64,000 nucleotides of DNA from Candidatus Poribacteria bacterium (GCA_965205025.1 CBDBFU010000002.1:192001-256000), one strand, 5' to 3'; positions 1 to 10,292 are shown, counted from the first letter of the stretch. Translations and numbers: made by a program. The notes: generated by a model not told the origin, from the letters alone.

Positions 1-22
1 TAATTTGACGTAGTGCCTTCAT
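1..22 (-). CDS. 5' end of next gene, probably heme exporter permease CcmB (runs off window)
   Basis: ATG at 22 on the minus strand reads MKALRQI, just downstream of the ccmA-like ATPase. Only 7 codons are visible, so the call rests on position. Confidence 0.35.
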
Positions 23-59
23 ACTTATCTCAATTTAATAAACTCACCTACAACCGCTT

Positions 60-767
60 TTAAACAGTATGTGTCATCCTCTCTTCATACATCTTCTGTA
101 ATGCTTCTTGTTCTATTTCATCTTTATGTGCTATTTCTTCTACTTCCCCATTGATCATAAAGAAAAATTTCGTTCCTACAAGGCACCCCAATTCAATATT
201 GTGTGTTGTAACAACAAGGCTTTTATCGTTTTGCTGTTCTTGGGAAATTCGATCAATGACAAATTGTTTAGCAGAAGCATCAAGTCCAGAAAAAGGTTCA
301 TCCAGTAACAAAATTGAAGGGTGGTTAAGGAGAGCTTTGGCAATCATAAACCGTTGTGTCATACCACGTGAAAAGGTATGAATAGGATCATGCATAAAAC
401 GATTCAATCCGACTTCATTTAATAGTGTCTTACAACGGGTTTCTAAATCTTCAACATCATACATCTGTCCAAAAAACTTAAGGTTTTCATAGGGGGTTAG
501 GACAGGATAAGCCAATTGCTCATGTACAATAACACCTAATGTGTTCCGCACTTGTAAATAATCTACGATAGCATCAATGTTTTCGATCTTGAGTTTCCCT
601 GATGTAGGGCGAAGAAGAGTTGACAGAATCTTGATAAGTGTAGTTTTACCAGCACCGTTTGGACCGAAAATTGCTACAACTTCTCCAGGATTAATGGAAA
701 GTGTGACATCCTTAATAATTGTTCGGTGTCCAATATTTTTTGTGATTTGCGAAGTTTCCAACCGCAT
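60..767 (-). CDS. ccmA: ABC transporter ATP-binding protein, CcmA-like heme exporter ATPase
   Basis: Walker A GPNGAGKTT, signature FSRGM, Walker B LLLDEPFSGLD, H-loop TTH. Same strand as, and close to, ccmE/F/H. Confidence 0.75.
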   Translation of the reverse strand: MRLETSQITKNIGHRTIIKDVTLSINPGEVVAIFGPNGAGKTTLIKILSTLLRPTSGKLKIENIDAIVDYLQVRNTLGVIVHEQLAYPVLTPYENLKFFGQMYDVEDLETRCKTLLNEVGLNRFMHDPIHTFSRGMTQRFMIAKALLNHPSILLLDEPFSGLDASAKQFVIDRISQEQQNDKSLVVTTHNIELGCLVGTKFFFMINGEVEEIAHKDEIEQEALQKMYEERMTHTV

Positions 768-801
768 AATACATAATGGTTTCGGAGTTCCAAGTGTCTA
801 C

Positions 802-837
802 AAAAAGAAAGGGCAGGTTTGGATACCTGCCCTTTCT
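802..837 (-). terminator. Rho-independent terminator after korB'
   Basis: Inverted repeat AGAAAGGGCAGGT-ttggat-ACCTGCCCTTTCT, followed on the minus strand by a T-run, just past the korB' stop. Confidence 0.8.
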
Positions 838-848
838 ATAAATTGATT

Positions 849-1739
849 TTACATCATTCGTTGGATAATCGCTGAACCTTGTTCAGGTGTAACACCTATA
901 GTCTGATGTGCCATAGGACCATTTTCCAATACCGGTTCAGATTGATCCAATGACGGACGACTTGTGTCATGGTAGAATAACCCAATTTGGGTATCATGTC
1001 CAGACTTGACTGCTTGTTCAAGTGCAGCCGTTTTGTCGCTTGTATCATGGTTCTCAAGGATATTGACTCGTTCTTTCCAAAAATCATAGATTTCATCATC
1101 CTTCCATGTCACACAAGGACTAATAACATCAATAAAAGCGAAACCTTTATGCTGCATTCCTTCGTACATCAATTCTGCAAGTTGTGCACGTTCAGAACTG
1201 AAACCTCTCGCAACATAAGTAGCACCTGCAACAATTGCCATTGCTACAGGATTAAGGGGTGTTTCTAAATTACCAAATGGTGTACTTTTTGTTCTTTCAC
1301 CTACAACTGTAGTAGGAGACGCTTGTCCAACGGTTAAACCGTAAGTCTCATTGTTCATCACAATGTATAGAAGGTCGATGTTTTTTCGCATGGTATGAAT
1401 AAAATGGTTACCACCAATACCGTATCCATCACCATCTCCACCTGTGACAACTACATTCATCTCATGATTACCAAGTTTGGATCCCGTAGCCACTGCAAGA
1501 GATCTACCGTGCAGCGTATGCATTCCATAAGTCTTGATAAAACCGGGAAGATTAGAGGAACAGCCAATGCCACTGACAGTCAGATGATCATGATTGCCAT
1601 TTCCTGTTTTGGCATAAGCCATTTGTAGGGCACTAAGCACACCAAAATCACCACAACCGGGACACCAATCGGGATTAACATCACCTTTAAAATCTTTTGC
1701 TGTAGGAGCACCTTTAATTGGTCTTTCTTTTTTTGCCAT
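849..1739 (-). CDS. korB: 2-oxoacid:ferredoxin oxidoreductase beta subunit (copy 2)
   Basis: WCPGCGD, SGIGCS, HTLHGR, TPP-binding GGDGDG...NN, SPCVT. Confidence 0.93.
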   Translation of the reverse strand: MAKKERPIKGAPTAKDFKGDVNPDWCPGCGDFGVLSALQMAYAKTGNGNHDHLTVSGIGCSSNLPGFIKTYGMHTLHGRSLAVATGSKLGNHEMNVVVTGGDGDGYGIGGNHFIHTMRKNIDLLYIVMNNETYGLTVGQASPTTVVGERTKSTPFGNLETPLNPVAMAIVAGATYVARGFSSERAQLAELMYEGMQHKGFAFIDVISPCVTWKDDEIYDFWKERVNILENHDTSDKTAALEQAVKSGHDTQIGLFYHDTSRPSLDQSEPVLENGPMAHQTIGVTPEQGSAIIQRMM

Positions 1740-1760
1740 CTGGTTAGTCCTTCTTTTAAA

Positions 1761-2651
1761 CTACATCATTCGTTGGATGATTGCTGAAGCTTGTTCAGGT
1801 GTAACCCCTATAGTCTGATGTGCCATAGGTCCATTTTCCAATACTGGTTCAGATTGATCCAATGACGGACGACTTGTGTCATGGTAGAATAATCCAATTT
1901 GGGTATCATGCCCAGTCTTGACGGCTTGTTCAAGTGCAGCTGTTTTGTCGCTTGTATCATGGTTCTCAAGGATATTGACTCGTTCTTTCCAAAAATCATA
2001 GATTTCATCATCCTTCCAGGTTACACAAGGACTAATGACGTCAATAAAGGCGAAACCTTTATGCTGCATTCCTTCATACATCAATTCTACAAGTTGCGCT
2101 CGCTCAGAACTAAAACCTCTCGCAACATAAGTAGCACCCGCAACAATTGCCATCGCTACAGGATTAAGGGGTGTTTCTAAATTACCAAACGGTGTACTTT
2201 TTGTCTTTTCGCCTACAACAGTAGTAGGAGATGCTTGTCCAATGGTTAAACCGTAAGTCTCATTGTTCATCACGATGTAAAGGAGATCAATATTTTTACG
2301 CATGGTATGAATAAAATGATTCCCACCAATACCGTATCCATCGCCATCACCACCTGTGACAACAACATTCAACTCATGATTACCAAGTTTAGCCCCCGTA
2401 GCCACTGCAAGAGATCTACCATGCAAGGTATGCATTCCATAAGTATTGATAAACCCGGGAAGGTTTGAGGAACATCCAATTCCACTGACAGTCAGATGAT
2501 CATGACTGCCATTTCCTGTTTTGGCATAGGCTATTTGTAGGGCACTAAGCACAGTAAAATCACCACAACCGGGACACCAATCGGGATGAACATCACCTTT
2601 AAAATCTTTCGCTGTAGGAACACCTTTAATAGGTCTTTCTTTTTTTGCCAT
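1761..2651 (-). CDS. korB: 2-oxoacid:ferredoxin oxidoreductase beta subunit (copy 1)
   Basis: Same motifs as copy 2; 296 aa, differing from it at 13 residues. Confidence 0.93.
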   Translation of the reverse strand: MAKKERPIKGVPTAKDFKGDVHPDWCPGCGDFTVLSALQIAYAKTGNGSHDHLTVSGIGCSSNLPGFINTYGMHTLHGRSLAVATGAKLGNHELNVVVTGGDGDGYGIGGNHFIHTMRKNIDLLYIVMNNETYGLTIGQASPTTVVGEKTKSTPFGNLETPLNPVAMAIVAGATYVARGFSSERAQLVELMYEGMQHKGFAFIDVISPCVTWKDDEIYDFWKERVNILENHDTSDKTAALEQAVKTGHDTQIGLFYHDTSRPSLDQSEPVLENGPMAHQTIGVTPEQASAIIQRMM

Positions 2652-2666
2652 TTGGTTAGTCCTCCT

Positions 2667-4460
2667 TTAAACTACAATTTCTTGATATGGGACATATAGG
2701 TCTGTCTTACCTTGTAGAAGTTCACGGGCACCATCTGCTATGTGGTGTGGCATGAACGGTTCACCATCGTATTTACGAATATGTCCATCCGCCTTAAATC
2801 CTGTTTCACCCCGTAAAAACCGTGCAAATTGTCCTGTGTAATTACATTCAACAATAACAGGATTTGTTGATTTTTCAAGTACGGCATTAACCGCATCCTC
2901 ATCGATCGGATAGAGCCATTTGAAATGTATATGGTTGGCAGTAGTTCCAGACTCTGTCAATAACTGTACTGCTTCATTGATAACACCTTTTGTGGACCCC
3001 CAGCCAATGAGTGTAATCTCAGCGTCTTCAGGTCCTTCAAGAATTGGTGGAGGAAGAAGTTTAACAATACCATCCATTTTCCGTTGACGTTTTTCCATGA
3101 TATCACGCCGTTTATGCGGGTTTGTAAATTCATCGCTAATAAGTCCACCGTCTTCATCGTGATCATCAGTAGCGACTACATGGACATGTCCGGGTGTACC
3201 CGGAATAGCCCGTGGGGATACTCCACTGTCAGTAATCTTGTAACGTAGGTATTCTCCATCTGTCTGCCCAAGTTCAGTTATATACTCGCCTCGGTCAATT
3301 TCTGGTTGCCAATTGATAGTCTCTGGATCAAACGTTGTAAATCCCATAGAGAGTGTAAGATCCGAAAGCACCATCCCTGGACATTGGAATTTATCTACGA
3401 GATTGAAGATTTCTGGCATGGTGTGAAAACCATCCATGATACTGGTAGGAGCGACAATTATCTTTGGAAAATCACCTTGACTTGCGCCGAGGAGTTGCCA
3501 CAAATCCCCTTGTTCTGTTTTCGTAGGCAATCCTGTTGATGGACCACCCCGCTGGACGTTGATGACGACCATCGGTATTTCCATCATGGCAGCACTACCA
3601 ATAGCTTCTGACATAAGGGCAAATCCACCACCAGAAGTAGCACACATAGCACGACATCCAGCATGTGCAGCCCCAATCACCATGTTTATCACACTGATTT
3701 CATCTTCACATTGTCGAACCATAATGTTCAGATTCCGCGCATTCGCTGCCATCCAATGTAGTACACCTGTTGATGGACTCATCGGGTAAGCAGAATAAAA
3801 CTTTACGCCGGCTGCAGCACCCCCCATTGCCATTGCTGAATTCCCATCAACAAACGCAAGTGCGGGTTCCTGTTTCTCAAATTGATCGTCAAATTCTGTG
3901 AAATGTTCAGCAGCGTGTTCGTATCCTGCGGTTGCCACAATCATATTGGCATCAACGACTTCCTGACCTTTACGTTTGAGAAGTGCATTAATGATGATCT
4001 CCTCAAGCACGTTTAAATCTGCACCTACCATATTCATGGCAGTAGCGAGTAAACACGTATTCAGACAGGTTTTTTGTAATTTTCTATCTTCAATTCCGCT
4101 GGAGAACTTTTTATATGGAATACCACATAATTGAATGTCGTCTCGTTCTGGTTCTTGCTTTACATCATCACTATTATAAATGAATGCTCCACCGGGTTTG
4201 ACGTGTGGTACATGTTTTTCTATGCTGTGTCGATCAAGGGCAATAATAAGGTCAATCTCATCGCCGTGGTTTTCGACCGGTTCAGAACTGATTCTGATGG
4301 TAAGGAAGGTATGACCGCCGCGGATAAGGGATTGATATGCACTATATGTATAAACATAAAGACCGTACCGTGCACATATTTGTCCCAGACTTTTCCCAAG
4401 TGTTTCTATACCTTGTCCGGGTGCCCCTCCTACAGCGACTACAAAATCGTACTTTGCCAT
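2667..4460 (-). CDS. korA: 2-oxoacid:acceptor oxidoreductase alpha subunit (gamma-alpha fusion)
   Basis: N-terminal GGAPGQG...IRGGH gamma domain, YPMSPS, EDEI, ATSGGGFALMSE, QRGGPSTGLPTKTEQGD. Confidence 0.93.
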   Translation of the reverse strand: MAKYDFVVAVGGAPGQGIETLGKSLGQICARYGLYVYTYSAYQSLIRGGHTFLTIRISSEPVENHGDEIDLIIALDRHSIEKHVPHVKPGGAFIYNSDDVKQEPERDDIQLCGIPYKKFSSGIEDRKLQKTCLNTCLLATAMNMVGADLNVLEEIIINALLKRKGQEVVDANMIVATAGYEHAAEHFTEFDDQFEKQEPALAFVDGNSAMAMGGAAAGVKFYSAYPMSPSTGVLHWMAANARNLNIMVRQCEDEISVINMVIGAAHAGCRAMCATSGGGFALMSEAIGSAAMMEIPMVVINVQRGGPSTGLPTKTEQGDLWQLLGASQGDFPKIIVAPTSIMDGFHTMPEIFNLVDKFQCPGMVLSDLTLSMGFTTFDPETINWQPEIDRGEYITELGQTDGEYLRYKITDSGVSPRAIPGTPGHVHVVATDDHDEDGGLISDEFTNPHKRRDIMEKRQRKMDGIVKLLPPPILEGPEDAEITLIGWGSTKGVINEAVQLLTESGTTANHIHFKWLYPIDEDAVNAVLEKSTNPVIVECNYTGQFARFLRGETGFKADGHIRKYDGEPFMPHHIADGARELLQGKTDLYVPYQEIVV

Positions 4461-4582
4461 CTTAGCTCCTTTCAGGTTGTAACATAAATGTTTGTTGGTT
4501 TGATACTTTTCTCAATTCCCACAGTTCGTGAAATAATATATATTTCGTAATAATCCATATTAATGATTAATGACTTTTTCTA

Positions 4583-4612
4583 ATTATACCATAATTTGAG
4601 GTGTATTTACAA
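4583..4612 (-). promoter_or_regulatory. sigma70-type promoter of korA
   Basis: Minus strand TTGTAA-N18-TATAAT with extended -10 TG. Confidence 0.5.
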
Positions 4613-4876
4613 GTTTTATTTTACACAATACCGACTTATCATAATGTTATAGCATTGGCAAATTAACCGACTAATTACCTCAATAACCAAGTATCATGGT
4701 TCAGAAACTCGACATAATAGGTTGACTTTGTTACATGTAAATTCATTGTCTGAGAATTACCATGTGTAATAAGAGTTTGATGATACAGGATGAGTATTAT
4801 ACAGACAATACCAATACTTACTGCTTTTAGAATTCAGAGATTTCATCAATAAAATGGGTAGGAAAGTAGCATACTA

Positions 4877-5485
4877 TTACAACAATGCTCTAAGTGCTTC
4901 GTGTGCTTCAGGGGTGCCAATTTTTTCTAAGGCAAATGCTACATGATGCTTAACACGATCAGAATCATCATCAAATGCTTTAACGAGTGCAGGTATAGCC
5001 TCTGAGGCATCTTCTCCAAAGTTAGCCAGAGCATAAGCAGAATAGGTCCGCACCTCATCAGCAGGATCATCCAATGCTTCAATCAAGGCAGGGATTGCAC
5101 CTTTTGCTGTGTCTCCCATTGAATTCAAGGCACGTACTGCATATTCACGAAGATCTTCATTTAGTTTATTAGATAAGGCATTAACTAAAACAGGGATTGC
5201 CAGTTCACCCATACGACTAAGTGTACTGCTAATAGCAAGAGCATGGTGTCTTTCAGATATCTCCATCTCATCCATCAGGACAGGAATAACAGGTTCCCCT
5301 ATTGCTGCCAATACATCAGCAGCATGTTCAACAACATCGTATAAGTTGTGAGCAAGTGTCTCAATTAGTTGCGTTACAGCTGCATCACCAATTTCAATTA
5401 ATTCTGTTTTCGCTTCATTGATAACATCATCATCTAATTCTGTTAAATCTTCAATCAACTCAGCGATTCTCTCTTCACTGCTCAT
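4877..5485 (-). CDS. HEAT repeat (PBS lyase-like) protein
   Basis: Repeats such as AIPALIEALDDPADEVRTYSAYAL and AIPALVKAFDDDSDRVKHHVAFAL. Confidence 0.85.
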   Translation of the reverse strand: MSSEERIAELIEDLTELDDDVINEAKTELIEIGDAAVTQLIETLAHNLYDVVEHAADVLAAIGEPVIPVLMDEMEISERHHALAISSTLSRMGELAIPVLVNALSNKLNEDLREYAVRALNSMGDTAKGAIPALIEALDDPADEVRTYSAYALANFGEDASEAIPALVKAFDDDSDRVKHHVAFALEKIGTPEAHEALRALL

Positions 5486-5531
5486 TATAAATATATCCCC
5501 TTAATATATTCTATTTGCAGGATAATGCCTC

Positions 5532-6764
5532 TTATTTATCTAAACCCCGTTCTGTACGTTGATCAAGAATCTCAGTGAGACGCTCCGTCTGTTCCCGTCT
5601 GAATCTGTTGTAGATCCTTTCAGATATAACGTTTTTTTCATGTAACTCGTCAAGAATAGTGATAAATTCAAGTCGTGCCGTTCTTGCATACTCAATGTCA
5701 TCATTGTTGAGTTTACGTAACCAACCTACCTCATGTTGTAAAGTCTCAGAACCATCAGAATCAGAAGAAGTCCGCCGTGTACTGCGTAACATGAAAACCG
5801 CAGCAACCAGGAAACCCCCAGTTAAGGCAGAGGCAATCGCTATAAACACCAACTGTCCAATATTTTCTTTTGGGATTCCCAATCTTAAATCCACCTTATC
5901 TCCTTCAAGAAAGTTGGTGTTAGGTTTTGTTCTATAGACATTGTATACTCTATTGTGAATTGGTTCACTCTTTGCTCTTAGAAAGTGTTTTGATATAGGT
6001 GCTAAGTTTATACCCTCAACAACTAATAAAGAAACTTGATCAATCTGGAAAGGAACACGGCGAGAGAGATCAACTTTGTTATTGTGAACATGAGAAACGT
6101 ATGTGAACCCAACTTGAGTGGGTCCAGGTGGTATAGATTTAGGGAGAATAATATTATTGGTATTTGGATCTAACACTAAATCCGCAGGAGCATGAGGGTG
6201 AAATGCCTCAAAATCTCTTGGGAGTGTTGCATAAAACCCAACTTCTTTATTTCCATGCTTCATTTGAAAATGCAATTCACCACGATTTTCAACATCAAAT
6301 GCTTCAATAATTGAAATTGCACCATCTGGAGGGTGTCCCTCAGGTGGCGGTCCGATAACCAGAGTATAGGACTTTATATGAATTTTTGACGAATCATCAG
6401 TTTTACCACCTATATTCATATCCACAGTAACCGTAGGTACGAATGTGGATAGCATGATGTTTTTTTCTATTTGCTCTATCTCATTATAGGTTGTAGTAAT
6501 AGTATAATGTGTCGTAGCATCAATAGATAAACCCTCAAAACGATAAATACCTTCTTCGTCAGTCGTAGTATCCTGTTGTGTGATATCTTCACCTTTATGT
6601 ATACTCAGTGTAATGGTTTGATTAGCGATAGGGGTATTCAACTGTCTATCTATTAATTTCCCATGAATAACCCCCATCTCATCTTGTGAATAGATAGAAG
6701 ATATTAATAAGAATGTAGAAACTATAGTTAACAGAACACCAATATATATTTTAGAATGTATCAT
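5532..6764 (-). CDS. Membrane-anchored exported protein with carboxypeptidase-regulatory-like beta-sandwich, in ccm operon
   Basis: N-terminal signal/TM segment, GVIHGKL...TTTDEEGIYRFEGL motif, C-terminal TM helix and short helical tail. Confidence 0.65.
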   Translation of the reverse strand: MIHSKIYIGVLLTIVSTFLLISSIYSQDEMGVIHGKLIDRQLNTPIANQTITLSIHKGEDITQQDTTTDEEGIYRFEGLSIDATTHYTITTTYNEIEQIEKNIMLSTFVPTVTVDMNIGGKTDDSSKIHIKSYTLVIGPPPEGHPPDGAISIIEAFDVENRGELHFQMKHGNKEVGFYATLPRDFEAFHPHAPADLVLDPNTNNIILPKSIPPGPTQVGFTYVSHVHNNKVDLSRRVPFQIDQVSLLVVEGINLAPISKHFLRAKSEPIHNRVYNVYRTKPNTNFLEGDKVDLRLGIPKENIGQLVFIAIASALTGGFLVAAVFMLRSTRRTSSDSDGSETLQHEVGWLRKLNNDDIEYARTARLEFITILDELHEKNVISERIYNRFRREQTERLTEILDQRTERGLDK

Positions 6765-6816
6765 CTTACCCCAATTCTGATTTTACTCTTAACTATGTCT
6801 ATATCTGTACCTTAAC

Positions 6817-7152
6817 CTACTGCCCTCTTTCCCGTTTATACCTTTCAATTTCAGATTCCACATCAAGCTGAGCTGCCGCCTCAAGCTGACTTACAATTTG
6901 AGCAGTTTCCTGCAATAACGCAGCTCGTAATTCCTTATAATCTTCTTCAGATAGTTTACCCGATTCATAATCGTCATCAAGATCAGCCAAGGCAGAATAA
7001 CTCTGTTCACGTTCAATGGCAAGTGTCTGCATACGCACTTCTGCAGGACTAATTTCTGGGGAATGTTCCGAACCACGGAAAAGCGGATAAAAAAGGTACA
7101 CCAATAACATCACCCCAAGTATACCGATCCATAAAAGCAGTAAAAAACTCAT
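6817..7152 (-). CDS. CcmI-like cytochrome c biogenesis membrane protein
   Basis: TM helix ending YPLFR, then LADLDDDYESGKLSEEDYKELR, typical of the CcmI N-terminal region. Confidence 0.6.
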   Translation of the reverse strand: MSFLLLLWIGILGVMLLVYLFYPLFRGSEHSPEISPAEVRMQTLAIEREQSYSALADLDDDYESGKLSEEDYKELRAALLQETAQIVSQLEAAAQLDVESEIERYKRERGQ

Positions 7153-7160
7153 ACCTACCT

Positions 7161-7673
7161 CTAATTCTGTTCTTTATATTTTTCAAGTTCCGATTCGAGT
7201 TTTTGCTGTAGTTCATCCGAAATCTGTTTGTCAGGAAGTGTTCGTATGACCTTATTACCGCTTGATTTAAGTCGAATAAACAGAATAACACCCCCGATTA
7301 CCAAGAGAATAACTGCTGGCATAACATACGCAATAAGATTCACACCTTTTGCAGGCATGACTGCCGAAAATTCAGGTCCCCATTTCTCAAGATAGTCTGT
7401 ACGTATTTGGTAAACAGGGTCACCTTCAAGTAATCGGTTTCGAAAATCAGCTTCTATATTTTGTGCTGTTACGCAAACACATGCTTGGATGGTTTCCCTC
7501 ACACATCCACAGTGACAGTAAACTGTGGTTAGAAGTTCATTTAATTGGGTATCAAATATCTCAGAATCTTCTGATTTCTCATCAGCCAAAACTGGATTAC
7601 CCACGACACACAAAACACCTGTCAGTATGACCAGATAAAGACACACAGTATTCCCTGAATTGAAGATTTTCAT
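7161..7673 (-). CDS. ccmH: CcmH/CycL-like cytochrome c biogenesis protein
   Basis: Signal peptide, CHCGC...CVC, YLEKWGPEF...P...AYVMPAV TM pattern; directly follows ccmF. Start moved to the ATG at 7673 to avoid overlap with ccmF. Confidence 0.7.
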   Translation of the reverse strand: MKIFNSGNTVCLYLVILTGVLCVVGNPVLADEKSEDSEIFDTQLNELLTTVYCHCGCVRETIQACVCVTAQNIEADFRNRLLEGDPVYQIRTDYLEKWGPEFSAVMPAKGVNLIAYVMPAVILLVIGGVILFIRLKSSGNKVIRTLPDKQISDELQQKLESELEKYKEQN

Positions 7674-7686
7674 AGAATTCACCGAC

Positions 7687-9801
7687 TTATGAACTCGTTT
7701 TACTTTCTGAGCGTTCTGCAATTGCAATAAGACCACCCAACACCATAATAGCAACGCCGATCCATACGACCCTGATCAACGGATTATAATATACTTCAAC
7801 ATTCACATATGTATCACTGTCAATCTTAGCTGGCAATGGTCCAAGCGCAATATACAGATTGTTCATACCTATCCCATGTATAGCGGATTCAATCGTATCC
7901 TGATCCCCTTGTCCCGCCTTATGGTAGAAATGTCGTGCAGGTTTCATGGTAGTTTTATGTTTACCATTCTTCGTGACATCGAAAACAACACCTGCTCTGA
8001 AAAAATTTCCGCGCTCTTCCTGAAAAGTGTCTTTCATCGTGAGTTGATAAGAACCAACATCCATTGATTCATCAAGTCTCAAACTTTCCGACTCCTTTAA
8101 AAAATAACCCTTTGAACCCATAATTCCGATATACACGATAACAATCCCGATATGAACTATATACCCACCATACCGACGTTTATTGCGGTTGATAAGAAGT
8201 CCTAATCCATTGAGGAAAGAAGTTTGTTGACGTTTCGTCCTAAGTTTTGCCCCTCGATAGAATTCGCTACAAATAGCTACAAGTACAAATACACTTGCGA
8301 AAATACATAGTAATGAAAAAATCGGGAAGGTTTCTCCACTAAAAATAAGTCCATCAGGTATTCGAGCGAAGAAACTTCCTCCTATCGGATTCGGTGCATC
8401 TAAAATTGCTTTAATAGCAAGGTATATCCAACCTATACCTGTTGCAATCAAACCAATAATAATTGGTGGTATAAACATGCGTTTGAAGTTGTTGGGTGTA
8501 ATCTTTTTCCAAGAGATAACCGGACCAGCCCCTGTCAAGAATAGAAGTAGAAGTCCCGGTATAATAACAACTTGATTAAAGAACGCCTCCGGCACAGATG
8601 CCTTCTCACCTTGGATTGCCTCAGAAATAATTGGCCATAATGTGCCCCATAATATAATTAAGGTCAAACCTACCAACAACCAGTTATTAAGAACAAAAGA
8701 ACTCTCTCTGGAAAGTAACGATTCCAAACGATTTGCACTTTTTAGACGTTCCCATCTAACTACGATCAGTAGTATAACACCCAGTGTTGAGAGGAGAATA
8801 AATCCTAAGAAATAACCCCCAATATCAGATTGAGCAAAAGCGTGTACTGACGTAATAATTCCACTTCGTGTAATAAATGTACCTATCAATGTAAATTGGA
8901 AAGCTAACGTAATGAGAAGGATATTCCACAGTTTTAGCATACCGCGTTTCTCTTGAATCATAACGGAGTGTAGATATGCGGTGCCGAGTAGCCACGGCAT
9001 AAAGGATGCATTTTCAACAGGATCCCATGCCCAATAACCTCCCCAACCAAGTTCCTGATATGCCCAATGTCCTCCAAGTGTGATGCCAACTGTAAGTACA
9101 ATCCATGAAAACAACATCCATCTACGAGAACGAAGTATCCAATCACTTCCTATTCTACCTGACAAAAGTGCTGCCACAGCAAATGCAAATGGAACAGTCA
9201 GACTAATCCACCCAATGTAAAGAGTTGGTGGATGGAACGCCATACTCGGTGTTTGGAGTAGCGGATTCATCCCTTTACCATCAACTGCGATTTGACCATC
9301 TGGGAAACGGGCAAGTGGGTTGTAAACACCTTCAATCCACCCTGTGACCAAAACAATGAAAAATAATTGAACAATAGCAATAGGAATAAGTGCGTAATCT
9401 GCAAGTGAATCTTGAGAACGGCGGTTTTGGAGAACGACAATACCACCAGCAACGGTAAGCAACCAAAGCCAAAACAGGAGGGAACCGGACATGCGTCCCC
9501 AGAGAGCAGTTATTTTATAGAGGAGGGGTTGGGCTGCACTTGAGACTTCTACGACATACATCATAGAGAAGTCGTCAGTTACAAACCCAAATACCAAAGC
9601 ACAAGTAGCAATAGAGATAAGAATTAATGTCGCAATAACCCCATTTCGACCACTACGGACAATATTAGGTTCTCTTAATGGAAGACCAATACTCAGTAAA
9701 ACAATTGCCCATAGTGCAGATAATATTGAAAGAAAAATTGCAGCTTGACCAAGTTCAGCCGTCAAACCTTGTACACCTACTAAAAGATCCTCTATGAACA
9801 T
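7687..9801 (-). CDS. ccmF: Cytochrome c heme lyase CcmF
   Basis: GMNPLLQ, FHPPTLY, WAYQELGWGGYWAWDPVENAS (WWD domain), TRSG..SVHAF, YIVHIG. Confidence 0.96.
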   Translation of the reverse strand: MFIEDLLVGVQGLTAELGQAAIFLSILSALWAIVLLSIGLPLREPNIVRSGRNGVIATLILISIATCALVFGFVTDDFSMMYVVEVSSAAQPLLYKITALWGRMSGSLLFWLWLLTVAGGIVVLQNRRSQDSLADYALIPIAIVQLFFIVLVTGWIEGVYNPLARFPDGQIAVDGKGMNPLLQTPSMAFHPPTLYIGWISLTVPFAFAVAALLSGRIGSDWILRSRRWMLFSWIVLTVGITLGGHWAYQELGWGGYWAWDPVENASFMPWLLGTAYLHSVMIQEKRGMLKLWNILLITLAFQFTLIGTFITRSGIITSVHAFAQSDIGGYFLGFILLSTLGVILLIVVRWERLKSANRLESLLSRESSFVLNNWLLVGLTLIILWGTLWPIISEAIQGEKASVPEAFFNQVVIIPGLLLLFLTGAGPVISWKKITPNNFKRMFIPPIIIGLIATGIGWIYLAIKAILDAPNPIGGSFFARIPDGLIFSGETFPIFSLLCIFASVFVLVAICSEFYRGAKLRTKRQQTSFLNGLGLLINRNKRRYGGYIVHIGIVIVYIGIMGSKGYFLKESESLRLDESMDVGSYQLTMKDTFQEERGNFFRAGVVFDVTKNGKHKTTMKPARHFYHKAGQGDQDTIESAIHGIGMNNLYIALGPLPAKIDSDTYVNVEVYYNPLIRVVWIGVAIMVLGGLIAIAERSESKTSS

Positions 9802-9860
9802 ATTGATGCCTGAGTATGTGGATTATTGCAGAGTGAAACCGAGTGTTAGTTAGGAAAGGT

Positions 9861-10292
9861 TTAAGAGGAACTCTTTTCCGAAGAAGTACTTTCTGCGCCT
9901 TCGTATTTAGAGGCACATTTTGTAGTTAACTTAGTTGCCACAATCATGTTGCTTGTAGCGTCATATTTACCTTCTACAAAAACACTGCCACCGTCTGTAA
10001 AGTTATCAGGTTTGAGACGATTCTCATAGATTACATTAACGGTCTGGTTACTTTCACGGTCGCGCACTGCGAAGGTAAGTTTAAAATTTGCTGCGTCCCA
10101 AGTTGAACTACCTTCTGCAATTACACCGTCAACTTGTAAATTCTGTTGATCATTTTCTTCAGCATTCGCAACAAGTTCAGCAGGCGTAAAATGCAACACA
10201 CTCGTTTTTTCGGTCATTGCCAACACTAAGAAAACCATGGCAACGAGTAAAATGGCGCTGGCAGCGATAATCTTCAGTCGTCTTTGCTTCAT
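9861..10292 (-). CDS. ccmE: Heme chaperone CcmE, CxxxY variant
   Basis: N-terminal TM, PDNF..G..V.VEG, TKCASKY. Start at 10292 follows an AAGGAGG RBS. Confidence 0.9.
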   Translation of the reverse strand: MKQRRLKIIAASAILLVAMVFLVLAMTEKTSVLHFTPAELVANAEENDQQNLQVDGVIAEGSSTWDAANFKLTFAVRDRESNQTVNVIYENRLKPDNFTDGGSVFVEGKYDATSNMIVATKLTTKCASKYEGAESTSSEKSSS

